Source: a virus
Lineage: Duplodnaviria > Caudoviricetes
Strand: one strand, 5' to 3'
IMG/VR virus record: IMGVR_UViG_3300033068_000713
Coordinates: 1-64,000 of that record
DNA: 64,000 nucleotides
The notes beneath the pieces are model-generated. The model was given only the letters and a program-made list of their open reading frames with translations. It was not told the origin of the DNA and ran no database searches. The translations under genes and the position numbers were made by a program. Below are positions 18,752 to 28,406 of this stretch, in pieces; the first letter of the stretch is position 1; every line of letters starts with the position of its first letter.

Positions 18752-19436
18752 ATGAGTTTTGGGTTTTTACATAAAATCGAGAAGGGGGCTATGTACTAGT
18801 AATCCGCGCACAACTGGGACATGCCAGGTGACGGGTGTGGTCCATCAAGCCGGAAACAATCCATAACTTGATACTATACACCTTATATAAAGTAGCCGAG
18901 TTGACAGATGTGCATGATGCTCAGAACGTTATGACTTCTACCTGCTTTTGACTGGTGTAATTGTGTCGGATCATGCTTCCAGTCTCAATATCGCCCCATG
19001 TTCCACAGACCTGGATCAGGCCGGAAGGCGCTCAGAATCGGCTGGAGCATGGCGACCTGGAGCCTAGGCTGGGATTTTGGCGGAATTTTGGCAACTAGGT
19101 CGAGAAGGGAGGGGCAAACCAGCCAATTCCCTAGACATCGCGCTATCTAGCGTCTCGAAAACATTCCCGATGCAACACAGATACTTCGAGCTTTCGCTCT
19201 CGTTAGGACGGGCTATCGCCCTTGCGCTCCGCGCGGACAAGCTCTCTCTCCTATCTCTACGCTCTCTTATGTGTTGAGGCTTCCTCTCTCTTGTAACGCC
19301 GGGAAACTGCACGCTCTCTGACCAGGACTCGCCCCGCTCGCATTGCCTCTCTATATACTGTCGCGCTCCGCTCCCTTGCTAACTCCTGATCTCTGGACGA
19401 ATCCCGCTAATCCGCTTCCAAAACTCCATTCTGCAC

Positions 19437-19470
19437 TTGACTATATGTAAAGATGCTTTATCTATTACAC
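19437..19470 (+). promoter_or_regulatory. Leaderless early promoter with TAAAG-N3-CTTTA palindrome
   Basis: TTGACT-N16-TATCTA-N6-ATGGAAACGAAA. Confidence 0.75.
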
Positions 19471-19791
19471 ATGGAAACGAAACATACCGCCCACGAAATC
19501 AGTATTGCGCAATCCAAGCAAGCCCTTGATACATCCGAATCCTCACTCCGCAATCTGGAGCAGAAGCGCCAAGATGGGAATGTGAACTGGCGCACGATTG
19601 ACTCTGAACTGGAGTGCTCTGAAGCATTCGTCAAACTCTGCCGCGCTCGCTATCAGATGGCACTTCTCTCTCTTGATCTCTACAAGGCAGAGAATGAGCA
19701 TAACGACCTCTATCAGGCATTTGCTCGCGAACTGGACCGAGAATCAGAGCGCAAAGCAAGCGACGCACAAGCTTCCGCATTCCTCGCCTAA
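19471..19791 (+). CDS. Coiled-coil early protein
   Basis: METKH.., leaderless start. Confidence 0.7.
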   Translation: METKHTAHEISIAQSKQALDTSESSLRNLEQKRQDGNVNWRTIDSELECSEAFVKLCRARYQMALLSLDLYKAENEHNDLYQAFARELDRESERKASDAQASAFLA

Positions 19792-19817
19792 CCCCTAAGA
19801 AAGGAAACGTAAAGACT

Positions 19818-20102
19818 ATGAACTCGCTTAAAATCTCCACCCTTGTACCTTGCTCCGACGGGAGAACATACCGTATCTTTGCTCGCAAGAGCATTGTTGC
19901 AGCCGTAAATCGATTTCACGCATATAAGCTAGGAATCGACGAATTGACCTCAATAGCAGAAGTAAGGGAGGAAAAACTCGTATCCCTAAAGGAAATTCGG
20001 TCTCGCCAACGAGCAAGGCGAGAAGATGCCGCTAGATGGTCAGAGTTTCTATTATCCCAGGATGAAGCGAAAACGCGAAGGAATTTCCCTTCCTACTTCT
20101 AA
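19818..20102 (+). CDS. Hypothetical early protein
   Basis: 94-aa ORF. Confidence 0.65.
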   Translation: MNSLKISTLVPCSDGRTYRIFARKSIVAAVNRFHAYKLGIDELTSIAEVREEKLVSLKEIRSRQRARREDAARWSEFLLSQDEAKTRRNFPSYF

Positions 20103-20117
20103 ACCCATCCCCGCCCC

Positions 20118-20156
20118 AGCCGCTTGCTCCCCTCACAAAGGACAAGCGGCTTCTTT
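20118..20156 (+). terminator. Putative intrinsic terminator
   Basis: AGCCGCTTG/CAAGCGGCT 9-bp stem followed by TCTTT. Confidence 0.5.
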
Positions 20157-20301
20157 ATGCCTGCACCACAGTCCACCTCGCTCCCAAATATCAGAGTATA
20201 GAGCGCAATCTGTTTGCATTAACGCGGTGTCGGTGCTGTTCATCCGAACCAAATCCCGCTTTCCAACTCTCAAATTCATCCCTGGAATCTCTCTTCTATA
20301 T

Positions 20302-20335
20302 TTGACAAATAGTAAAGTTGCTTTATGTTGTCTGT
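20302..20335 (+). promoter_or_regulatory. Leaderless early promoter with TAAAG-N3-CTTTA palindrome
   Basis: TTGACA-N16-TATGTT-N6-ATGGAAACGAAA; aligns without gaps to the 19437 promoter. Confidence 0.8.
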
Positions 20336-20539
20336 ATGGAAACGAAAACTCAATCACTGGAACTTCTTCGCACCGTAACGGCTAAGGGCGAACGCTTTTA
20401 CATTAACAGCAAGCGCGTCAGCCGGGAGGCATTCATTACTGCCAAGTTTGGCCGTCGCCTTGACTGCTTTATCACCCGTGCAGATCGTTACGCGGTCCGT
20501 GATTACTGCGTGGCATCTGGGAACATCTTCGCATCCTAG
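20336..20539 (+). CDS. Hypothetical early protein
   Basis: METKT.., leaderless start. Confidence 0.7.
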   Translation: METKTQSLELLRTVTAKGERFYINSKRVSREAFITAKFGRRLDCFITRADRYAVRDYCVASGNIFAS

Positions 20540-20626
20540 CCAACCCACCATCCGAATACCCGATTCTAACGCGCAACTGACTTGCATTAACAATCAAAAC
20601 TAACTGTTCAACTGAACCTAAAGAGT

Positions 20627-20824
20627 ATGACAAACCAACAGTACAAAGAAGAAGTCAAAGACACTTTCAACAGGTGCGTGCAATTCCAGCGCGGACAAGC
20701 TCACCGTAAGCTCGGGTATGCCTGCTTGAGCACAAATGGCGCTTACCTGGACGGATGGTACTCTCCAGACAAGAGGATTCCCCCGTATGTGACGGAGCAA
20801 GAAATGGAAGATATGGGACTCTAA
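20627..20824 (+). CDS. Hypothetical early protein
   Basis: 65-aa ORF after A-rich leader. Confidence 0.65.
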   Translation: MTNQQYKEEVKDTFNRCVQFQRGQAHRKLGYACLSTNGAYLDGWYSPDKRIPPYVTEQEMEDMGL

Positions 20825-20850
20825 ACCATTAAGAAACTTTACTTTTCACT

Positions 20851-20884
20851 TTGACTTCTCCTCTCCCTGCCTTACCTTGACCTT
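20851..20884 (+). promoter_or_regulatory. Leaderless promoter TTGACT-N16-TACCTT-N6-ATG
   Basis: Same geometry as the other early promoters; gene begins ATGAAAACGAAA. Confidence 0.7.
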
Positions 20885-21097
20885 ATGAAAACGAAAGCAA
20901 TCGAAGACAAGACAGCCCGCGAATACGCCACCCTTAAAGAGGTGCGCGAACTAGGATCACTCAGCAACCGGGACTTTCACGCTAAGATGAAGTCGCTCCA
21001 CGACGAAAAGATTCAGGAGTACTTTAATGCAGTCCATGTGAAGGCTCCCGCAAACCTCCGCTGTGTCGCCCAACGCCTCTGGGAGAACCGGGGCTAA
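20885..21097 (+). CDS. Hypothetical early protein
   Basis: 70-aa ORF. Confidence 0.65.
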   Translation: MKTKAIEDKTAREYATLKEVRELGSLSNRDFHAKMKSLHDEKIQEYFNAVHVKAPANLRCVAQRLWENRG

Positions 21098-21132
21098 TCC
21101 TCTTTAGTAAACCCGACAACCTAAAAGCAAAT

Positions 21133-21450
21133 ATGAAAACGACAGTAACCCAAAAGCTCGGCTCCGAACTTGCCGCAACCGCACAGCGGAAGGCCCTTTC
21201 GAAGTTCGTCCATCGTTTCACTAAAGACCACAAACCAGCCTGGGCGCGTGAACCAATGCCAAACGGCAAGCCTTACCCAGTTCAATTCGCATCTGACTCT
21301 GATTGGCTAGCCCACACGCATTTCTTCGTCAACCAAGATGGAACACTTAGCGCACGCCACAAGTATTGCATGAGTAATCCGACTTGGCCGGATAAGAACG
21401 CATCACTCCTTGGTAATGTGAGCGCGTTGGAATTGAGCGAATCCCGCTAA
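21133..21450 (+). CDS. Conserved hypothetical phage protein
   Basis: FVHRFTKDHKPAWA..YPVQFASDSDWL..NPTWPD. Confidence 0.7.
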   Translation: MKTTVTQKLGSELAATAQRKALSKFVHRFTKDHKPAWAREPMPNGKPYPVQFASDSDWLAHTHFFVNQDGTLSARHKYCMSNPTWPDKNASLLGNVSALELSESR

Positions 21451-21488
21451 TAAACCGCACAAACGAAACTCAAAAAGAAAGCAAAGAC

Positions 21489-21749
21489 ATGAACAAAACA
21501 CTTGAAGCTCTCGCAGACCAGATCAACGCAATCACTGGTAATCCCGCCAAGCCATACGAAAAGGCTGGAGACCGCTACGTTGCACAGATCGGCAATTATC
21601 ACCTGAGCCACAACATCGGCGGCTATGCCCTTGAGCAAATAGCCAACAGCGGCGGTGGTGTTCGCACCATCCTGCATCGTGACAGCAAAGGTAAGATGGA
21701 ATCTCAAATGAGGGCATTCATCGCAGGACTTGAAACCAAAACCGTCTAA
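21489..21749 (+). CDS. Conserved hypothetical phage protein
   Basis: GNYHLSHNIGGYALEQIANSGGG..MRAFIAGL. Confidence 0.7.
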   Translation: MNKTLEALADQINAITGNPAKPYEKAGDRYVAQIGNYHLSHNIGGYALEQIANSGGGVRTILHRDSKGKMESQMRAFIAGLETKTV

Positions 21750-21754
21750 TTACG

Positions 21755-21973
21755 ATGCACTACATCCAAGGAAAAGGCTGGTTTGAAGTCGGCGGCAACA
21801 AGGTTGGCAGCATGCGTCAAATTAATCTTTGGCAAGCCCGTTCAGCCGGATACCACAACGACAGCTCCGAGTTTATGAAGCTGCGCGTTGAATCCAGAGT
21901 CTCTTACGACAAGCTCTTGGAGGAATGGCATAAAGGGCGACGCATGAAGGAGAAGGCCGAAACGCTAACCTAA
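21755..21973 (+). CDS. Hypothetical protein
   Basis: 72-aa ORF. Confidence 0.6.
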   Translation: MHYIQGKGWFEVGGNKVGSMRQINLWQARSAGYHNDSSEFMKLRVESRVSYDKLLEEWHKGRRMKEKAETLT

Positions 21974-22051
21974 CCCTCCCCTGACACTCTGGCGGGTGAC
22001 AGACGCTAGGAGTCAGTAGAGACCTAAACACAAATAGTAGAAATACACTAT

Positions 22052-22306
22052 ATGAAAGCACACCAACGCAAAAATCCAGCCCGCTCACTTCGTCGCCTTC
22101 ACAAGCGGATCGAAAACTGCAACGACGCAATCCGAACAGCCGAAAGTGACGCCAAGGTTTACGAAATCCATTCTCGCGACCAAGCAAGGGAGGAGTCCGA
22201 CAGGAATCGTCTGCGCAACTTGGCTGCAAACCGCCGTCAGCTTGTGAACCTTAAGCATATCCAGCTTGAGGCCCTGACAAAATCCCTCGATGCCAGGCTA
22301 GCATAA
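22052..22306 (+). CDS. Basic coiled-coil hypothetical protein
   Basis: 84-aa ORF. Confidence 0.6.
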   Translation: MKAHQRKNPARSLRRLHKRIENCNDAIRTAESDAKVYEIHSRDQAREESDRNRLRNLAANRRQLVNLKHIQLEALTKSLDARLA

Positions 22307-22452
22307 TCCAGCCCAAGCAGGGGCGCGGCTGCACAACGCGCAACACATCTTCCATGAAACTCCTCGCAACCTCCCTCCTCATCGCTGCCGCCTACCTCTT
22401 GTACAAGGCAGATCAGTACTTTCTCTCACTTCCTACACCTTAGGCAATACCT

Positions 22453-22746
22453 ATGAAGACAAAAGAAATACTACAAAAAGCCAGAGACTTAATCTCAAAG
22501 CCGGAAAACTGGACTCAGCAACAATACGCGGCTAACAAAAGCGGAAGAACTGTTGACGAAAACGACCCGGCGGCATGCAAATGGTGCATAACGGGGGCTT
22601 TAATAAAAGTTGGAGATGATAAAGTTAAGGCTTGGAACTATCTCCACAAATTCCTTGGCATTTTTCCCGCCAACTTCAACGACAGCCACACTCACGCCGA
22701 AGTCCTAGCCACCTTTGACGCTGCCATAGCCTCTTGCGAGGATTAA
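22453..22746 (+). CDS. DUF6197-like protein
   Basis: ARDLISKPENWTQ..CITGAL..FNDSHTHAEVLATFDAAI. Confidence 0.65.
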   Translation: MKTKEILQKARDLISKPENWTQQQYAANKSGRTVDENDPAACKWCITGALIKVGDDKVKAWNYLHKFLGIFPANFNDSHTHAEVLATFDAAIASCED

Positions 22747-22751
22747 TACAT

Positions 22752-22925
22752 ATGACCCCCTCCGAATACCGCCAAGAGCGCAAACGTATCGGCCTCACCC
22801 AGCCCCAACTGTCATCCTTGGTTGGCGTCTCTCGCGTCACCATTAGCCAGCGGGAGAATGGGAAAGTGCCCATCACCAAAGAGGCCGCTATGGCAATTCA
22901 GTCACTTCCTAAAATCAATAAATAA
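22752..22925 (+). CDS. XRE-family helix-turn-helix regulator
   Basis: RKRIGLTQPQLSSLVGVSRVTISQRENGK. Confidence 0.85.
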   Translation: MTPSEYRQERKRIGLTQPQLSSLVGVSRVTISQRENGKVPITKEAAMAIQSLPKINK

Positions 22926-22934
22926 ACCGGACAA

Positions 22935-23141
22935 ATGAAAGAAGATTTAACCATTAAGATTCCCTTGAGCCAATCAATCTTGGACGCTATCGCCCATCGT
23001 TACGGGCAGAAAACAGCAACTCAGAGAGACTACAGAGCTTGGGCTGAGGGCGCCATTGAGGCGACCTTAATGGACTTGATACAAGAAAAAGATGAAGCCA
23101 AAGACAAGGCCCGAGCAGTAATCGCCAAAGCCACCGAATAG
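22935..23141 (+). CDS. Hypothetical protein
   Basis: 68-aa ORF. Confidence 0.6.
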   Translation: MKEDLTIKIPLSQSILDAIAHRYGQKTATQRDYRAWAEGAIEATLMDLIQEKDEAKDKARAVIAKATE

Positions 23142-23156
23142 AAAGAACCAAATACT

Positions 23157-23588
23157 ATGAATGGAGAGAAAACAGTGAAGCGATGGAAACCATTATTAAA
23201 ACGTAATGAATCAGAATTCCATGCTGTCCTCAAGCCTTCAATGGAAGAAACCGAAGAGATCGAAAACACTTACGTCCTCTTCTCCGACTACCAGAAACTG
23301 GAGGAGGAAAATGAAGGAATGCGCTTTGTAGCAGATAAACTGGCTTTTGTTGCTCAAGAATTTAACAAAACGAACAAAGCCCTCCGCGACCGCGTCAAGG
23401 TGTTAGAGGATGCGCTTGGTCGTATTGAAAAGTGGCATGGAGAGTTTCCCAAAACCGGACGCCAATGGAATGACGGAACTGAAATGTCTTACGCAGCCGC
23501 CTACGGCACTAACGGAGAACGCGACTACATGAGAGAAATTGCCCGCCTGGCCCTCAACCCACCAACAGGAAAGGAAACCGCACAATGA
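23157..23588 (+). CDS. Ead/Ea22-like hypothetical protein
   Basis: YVLFSDYQKLEEEN coiled coil; YGTNGERDYMREIAR. Confidence 0.55.
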   Translation: MNGEKTVKRWKPLLKRNESEFHAVLKPSMEETEEIENTYVLFSDYQKLEEENEGMRFVADKLAFVAQEFNKTNKALRDRVKVLEDALGRIEKWHGEFPKTGRQWNDGTEMSYAAAYGTNGERDYMREIARLALNPPTGKETAQ

Positions 23589-23905
23589 ACCAGTTGAAAC
23601 GATACTCCATTTATCCCTACGCAGCCGGAACCAAAGCCTTCTGCGGCGAAAGGCTGGACGATCAAGGCCCGTATGTCCACGCGGAAGATGTTCTTGCTGT
23701 ACAAGCTGAACGGGATCAGTTGCAGGAGCTGGTCGGTCAGATGCAGGATGCACTAAAGGTCTCCATTAATACCATAGAGAACTCTGACGCATGGTGGCTC
23801 GGAAGCCCTGACCGTGGAGGCATGGACGAAGACCTTTATATTAGCCTCATCACCCGAGCCGCCGCCCTCCTCCAACCAGAACCAAAGAAAGAAACGGAAG
23901 AATGA
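23585..23905 (+). CDS. Hypothetical protein
   Basis: DQGPYVHAEDV; ATGA overlaps. Confidence 0.6.
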   Translation: MNQLKRYSIYPYAAGTKAFCGERLDDQGPYVHAEDVLAVQAERDQLQELVGQMQDALKVSINTIENSDAWWLGSPDRGGMDEDLYISLITRAAALLQPEPKKETEE

Positions 23906-24156
23906 AAGTCTGGATCACAAAATCAGCCCTAACAAACGGTATTCAGGAAGTCGATGATGCAGAGATTTGCGAAGGCTCCTCCACGAACATGATTCGAGTT
24001 CCAAGTCTTGGGTGTCACCCGTACTTTCACGGAAAAGGCAGGGAATGGCATGATTCCAAGGAGTCGGCGTTAAAGAAAGCCGAGGAGATGCGAAAAGCTA
24101 AAATTGAATCCCTGTTTAAACAAATCTACAAACTAGAAGGAATGAAGTTTGAATGA
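23902..24156 (+). CDS. Conserved hypothetical phage protein
   Basis: MKVWITKSALTNGI..HGKGREWH..KIESLFKQI. Confidence 0.7.
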   Translation: MKVWITKSALTNGIQEVDDAEICEGSSTNMIRVPSLGCHPYFHGKGREWHDSKESALKKAEEMRKAKIESLFKQIYKLEGMKFE

Positions 24157-24341
24157 ACATTCAAGCCCAGACAGACCACCTTTTGGAAGCAACTTTAGCC
24201 TCCCTGGATGAGCAGATCAAAGAACTCTCGGAATACCGGGCCAAGATCGCAGAGGAGATCAACCTTCGCCGGATGAAATCCCACATCGAGGAGAATTCGC
24301 TAGATGGCACAAACACCATAGATTCTATCGTGGAATCGTAG
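24153..24341 (+). CDS. Hypothetical protein
   Basis: 62 aa, coupled. Confidence 0.55.
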   Translation: MNIQAQTDHLLEATLASLDEQIKELSEYRAKIAEEINLRRMKSHIEENSLDGTNTIDSIVES

Positions 24342-24419
24342 GAGATCGGTCTATAAAATACCCTACTCTCGTTATAGGATTAGTATGCAAACTTTCCACA
24401 ATCCTCAACACTCAACTAT

Positions 24420-24443
24420 TTTAGTTGCAACATTGTAAACCAT
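24420..24443 (+). promoter_or_regulatory. Repeated motif copy TTTAGTTGC-AACAT-TGTAAAC-CAT
   Basis: Intergenic, upstream of the 24487-30574 gene run. Confidence 0.7.
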
Positions 24444-24486
24444 CGGCTATTACGTCATCACGTTACCCTAAAATAAGGAAAAGAAA

Positions 24487-24711
24487 ATGAAGAAAAAATA
24501 CGAAATCCAAAAAGGGGTTCAAATGCCCACAGTCGGAAGGAGCTTTGGCTCTTTCTGCCCATTTACCACCATGGAAGTCGGAGACGCTTTTGAATTCTCC
24601 CCGGTGGACGAGAAGCGCGTCATCGCCCTTGCTGAGTCTTACGGCAAGAAAAATGGAGCGGCCTTCTTCGTGAATGTCGCCGACAAAGCCTATTGCTGGA
24701 GGACTGCATGA
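24487..24711 (+). CDS. Small DNA-binding-like protein (paralog of 40286..40531)
   Basis: IQKGVQMP..PFTTMEVGDAF..WR. Confidence 0.65.
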   Translation: MKKKYEIQKGVQMPTVGRSFGSFCPFTTMEVGDAFEFSPVDEKRVIALAESYGKKNGAAFFVNVADKAYCWRTA

Positions 24712-25058
24712 AAACAGACGCACAAATTGCCACAAGAATTGAGGAAATCGAGCAAAGGCGAATCAAGATCGCTGCGCTTATGAGACCTCTTGAAAAAGAG
24801 GATGGACAGCTTCAAAGAGAGCTTGGCGACCTTCAATCTGAGCAGTACATCCGCATCAACGGCATCACCAAGGCCAATACGCAAGAGTCGAATGTTCCCG
24901 GTAAACGGTTCGGCATCATTACCGAGTTTGGCAAATGGCTTGCCGTAAATCCAAATCACAGACCTTGGGCTGAGTGGAATGGCCGAATCTATCGCTCGTC
25001 CGATCTCATCAAGGGAAGAATGCCAGAGTCTCCAGCCTTATACGAAAGCTTGAAATGA
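24708..25058 (+). CDS. Hypothetical protein
   Basis: ATGA-coupled; N-terminal coiled coil. Confidence 0.65.
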   Translation: MKTDAQIATRIEEIEQRRIKIAALMRPLEKEDGQLQRELGDLQSEQYIRINGITKANTQESNVPGKRFGIITEFGKWLAVNPNHRPWAEWNGRIYRSSDLIKGRMPESPALYESLK

Positions 25059-25357
25059 AAACCGAAGACCTTCAAATCCTCATCGCCCAGCACTTCGACT
25101 ACGCCGATTCCGGCCAGTTTTTTTCAGGCAGCTACTTTCAACCCAAGCATTCCTCATCGCTGGAAATGCTGCTAGAGGAGCTTAATCGGGAAAACATGGA
25201 TCGCGTTACGATTCTGGAATCCGAAAAGGCGCTTTTGGAGATCGAATGCGACGAACTCACCAAGAAAAACTCCACCGTCGAAGCCCTGGAGCAGACTATC
25301 GACAAGCTGCGGGCTTCTGTTGTTAATGCTAAAGCTGCACTGGAGGAGGGGGAATGA
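25055..25357 (+). CDS. Hypothetical coiled-coil protein
   Basis: ATGA-coupled. Confidence 0.6.
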   Translation: MKTEDLQILIAQHFDYADSGQFFSGSYFQPKHSSSLEMLLEELNRENMDRVTILESEKALLEIECDELTKKNSTVEALEQTIDKLRASVVNAKAALEEGE

Positions 25358-26010
25358 AGGAATTGAACGAACAGATCAGAGAAGCCCTAAGCGTTGATCC
25401 CATTGCCGAAATGGAGAAGCGCATGGGGGTAAGTTACAAGGAGGATGAATCCGTTGTGTGGGCGTCTATGGCACTCTCTCAGCAGAATGCCAAAGAAAAG
25501 GAGGGGTTGCTCAAGCTGAACGACGATACCCATTGGGGGATCACAATCCCAGAGTTTAAGCGCCTATTGTCTCGCCTTGGATTTGAAATCCTTTTGGAAG
25601 ACGCCCTTTCAAGCGGGGATGTATTTCGAGTGTGCTGGAATCCTGAAGGCTTACTTTTGGCAACGGACTCGTACTACGGTGACAAGAAGATCAACGGTGG
25701 GAATGTCTACTGCTTCTATAAAGGCGAGTATTCGGCTATAAACACCAGTGGCGGCGGAAGCGTTAGCCCAGAGGGTGACGATCTGTTTGCTGTGTCAAAA
25801 GACATTCGCGAAGGATTGAGGTTCTTCATTGAAGGCCTGAAGTCTGGGGGTGAATTTTTACCAATTTGGCCAAAAACTCCGTTTCTTTGGCTTCTTTCGT
25901 ACGAGGATTCAAAAGTTGAGGGTTATGATTTCAAGAAAATCACGCTCGACCGCATTCATCGGCTTCCTAAACATGTTCAAGACGCCATCCTTGGAGGCAA
26001 GTCGGAATGA
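25354..26010 (+). CDS. Hypothetical protein
   Basis: 218-aa ORF, coupled on both sides. Confidence 0.7.
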   Translation: MKELNEQIREALSVDPIAEMEKRMGVSYKEDESVVWASMALSQQNAKEKEGLLKLNDDTHWGITIPEFKRLLSRLGFEILLEDALSSGDVFRVCWNPEGLLLATDSYYGDKKINGGNVYCFYKGEYSAINTSGGGSVSPEGDDLFAVSKDIREGLRFFIEGLKSGGEFLPIWPKTPFLWLLSYEDSKVEGYDFKKITLDRIHRLPKHVQDAILGGKSE

Positions 26011-27062
26011 CCATCACCCTAAACTCCAAATCCCTAGACGAAGCTCTCGCTCTAGGCCAGCGGATTGCGCCGTCAGGGGGTCAGCTTCCTGTGCTTTCGT
26101 GCTGTCATTTCAATTCGATTGGGGGTGGATTAAGGCTGTCGTTTGATTCTGTAAATTCTCGCCTTGAAGTCCGATTAGACACACTAGGCAAAGAATCAAC
26201 CGGGGAATTCCTAGCTCCAATCCGCCATCTGCGAGCATCGCTTCATGCTGACGAAACCACGATTTCATTCAAGGATGGCTGGACTCATGTTAAATCAGGT
26301 GGAACCTCTCGTCTTGGGAGTTTGCCAGCGGATGAATTCCCCAAGCCTCGACACCAAATCCCCCGGCATAGTGTTGACGCCATTGAATTTTTACAAGCCT
26401 TGCGCATTGGATCGGCCTGCTGCGGGGAAAGCAATTCGACTCCACCTTGGAAAACCGTTGTGCATTACGACGCATCTAAGGCCAGATTTGTTGCCGGGAA
26501 TGGGAACGCTTTCGCTTATTCACCTTGCGCTCTACTTTCGGAATCGACATTGAACCTCCCGATGGAGGCCGCTGCTGAGATTCTGTCCATTTTTTCGGAT
26601 GAGGATGACCTGAAGATCGGCATGGAAGGCTCTGATTTTACCGTGTGCAGCGATAGGGCGTCTTACTGGTGCAAGGGCTCATCTTGTGGATTTCCAGGTT
26701 CGTACGAGATCGCTTTTCAAGGCGAAGGGGAATCGGTGACGATTGAGCGGGAGCTGTTCATTAGTGCCCTCAAATCTCTTTCCGGCTTCCTGGATGGATT
26801 CGCCAAGGTGTCCATTACCCCACAGGAAGGCGTCTGGCAGCTTTCGGCATCGTCTGAAGGTGGAAATACCTCAGAAGTGCCTGTTAATGCCGCAGGGAGC
26901 GTTTCTGGGGAGTCTTTCATCATCCAAGGCCCAAGGCTGGCTCGATTGCTGTCACCATGGCTCTGCGACTCGATAACCGCGATTAAAACCAAAGACACGC
27001 TTCTGCTTAAGCCGTCTGTCGGTGCGCAGATGGGTGTTGTAACTTTAATGAGAAATCTATGA
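26007..27062 (+). CDS. dnaN: DNA polymerase III beta sliding clamp-like protein
   Basis: 351 aa; LPVLSC, LPADEFP, FVAGNG, IERELFISAL, terminal VVTLMR. Confidence 0.75.
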   Translation: MTITLNSKSLDEALALGQRIAPSGGQLPVLSCCHFNSIGGGLRLSFDSVNSRLEVRLDTLGKESTGEFLAPIRHLRASLHADETTISFKDGWTHVKSGGTSRLGSLPADEFPKPRHQIPRHSVDAIEFLQALRIGSACCGESNSTPPWKTVVHYDASKARFVAGNGNAFAYSPCALLSESTLNLPMEAAAEILSIFSDEDDLKIGMEGSDFTVCSDRASYWCKGSSCGFPGSYEIAFQGEGESVTIERELFISALKSLSGFLDGFAKVSITPQEGVWQLSASSEGGNTSEVPVNAAGSVSGESFIIQGPRLARLLSPWLCDSITAIKTKDTLLLKPSVGAQMGVVTLMRNL

Positions 27063-27394
27063 GCCCACAAGAAATCAATACCGCGATTGCGGAAATCCTA
27101 GATTGGAAACCAACAACTGACGGCGGAATCTCTTGGAATGCCGATGGCAACGCCATCGTTGAACCGCCAAACTATTTTGGGGATTTAAACCTCTGCGCGG
27201 AGTTCCGAAAGGACATCGTTAAAAACAAGCAGGCCGCACAATACGCGAGACAATTATCCAACATAACGGAAGCCTGCTGGTTTGAGAATGATGGCAGGTC
27301 GGGAGATCAGGATCATGCCTCATTTATTATGGCGAACGCCTCTGCGCCGCAACATTGCCAAGCCTTCCTGCGAGTAAAGGGGGTTTGGAAGTGA
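27059..27394 (+). CDS. ABA-sandwich-like phage protein
   Basis: INTAIAEILDW..PNYFGDLN..ASAPQHCQAFL. Confidence 0.6.
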   Translation: MSPQEINTAIAEILDWKPTTDGGISWNADGNAIVEPPNYFGDLNLCAEFRKDIVKNKQAAQYARQLSNITEACWFENDGRSGDQDHASFIMANASAPQHCQAFLRVKGVWK

Positions 27395-27825
27395 AACTCT
27401 ACCTAGGACTGGACCCTGGAAAGGGAGGTGCTGTTGCCTTCAACCCGGAAGAGGGGCAATCTTGGGCCATCAAGATGCCGGAAAACGACGCTGAATTACT
27501 TGAGGAACTTCGCGCCTGCGCAAGAGAGTATGACTGCTTCGCCATGCTGGAGCAAGTCGCCTCTCGTCCAGGACAGGGGGTTTGCTCGGTTTTTACCTTC
27601 GGAGAGGGGTACGGGAAGCTGCAAATGGCTCTCCTGGCTTGCGGAATCCCGTTTGAGAGGGTTACACCTGGAAAGTGGCAGAAGGCGCTAGGATGCCTCA
27701 CAAAAGGGGACAAGAATGTGTCCAAGAAGCGGGCGTCTGAGCTTTTTCCCCACATCAAAATCACTCATTACAATTCCGATGCATTGCTCATTTCGGAATA
27801 CAACAAAAGAAACAGAACCAAATGA
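27391..27825 (+). CDS. ruvC: RuvC-like Holliday junction resolvase
   Basis: YLGLDPG, MLEQV, SVFTFGEGYG, VTPGKWQK, NSDALLI; GTG start. Confidence 0.88.
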   Translation: MKLYLGLDPGKGGAVAFNPEEGQSWAIKMPENDAELLEELRACAREYDCFAMLEQVASRPGQGVCSVFTFGEGYGKLQMALLACGIPFERVTPGKWQKALGCLTKGDKNVSKKRASELFPHIKITHYNSDALLISEYNKRNRTK

Positions 27826-28241
27826 AACAAGAAACGAAGACATTCACCCTCGAAACCCTGCTCACTGTCACCACGGGACGTCTTTTGACGGACATCGGAG
27901 ACCTTTACAAAATCCTTGGATGGATGACCAACGATGAGCCGTTCACACATCAACTCCCTCGCTTCGCAGAAGAGTGCAAGACTTGGCTTTATCACTGGTG
28001 GCCCGAACTTGGCATCGCTGAAGCCAGCTTGGTAAAGCTCGATAAATGGCTAAGCGTTGACAACACCAACGGACCCGAAGCCATTAAAATGTGGAAGGCA
28101 GAACTCAAGATGATGCAGCCGGAGCTAAAGAATGAGTACGAGGTTCCACAGATTCACGTTGGAGATCACAAGCGGAAGAATCCCGCTGATGAGCTTGTCG
28201 ATATGGTTGGGCCAGACAAAGTGATTAAAATCGAAATCTAA
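27822..28241 (+). CDS. Conserved hypothetical phage protein
   Basis: LTVTTGRLLTDIGDLYKILGWMT..FTHQLPR. Confidence 0.65.
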   Translation: MKQETKTFTLETLLTVTTGRLLTDIGDLYKILGWMTNDEPFTHQLPRFAEECKTWLYHWWPELGIAEASLVKLDKWLSVDNTNGPEAIKMWKAELKMMQPELKNEYEVPQIHVGDHKRKNPADELVDMVGPDKVIKIEI

Positions 28242-28406
28242 AAAAATGAAACCCACCCGATACAACCGCCTCAAACGCTGGATCAACCGAGAAGAAGAAC
28301 TCAAGGCTCCCGCTAAACCCAAGTCCATTCCAACCCCTGTCGGAGGAGATCGCGGTTCGATGCAGTCTGCTTTGGCCTGGGCCTCTCAGATAGTTAGGGG
28401 GATGGC

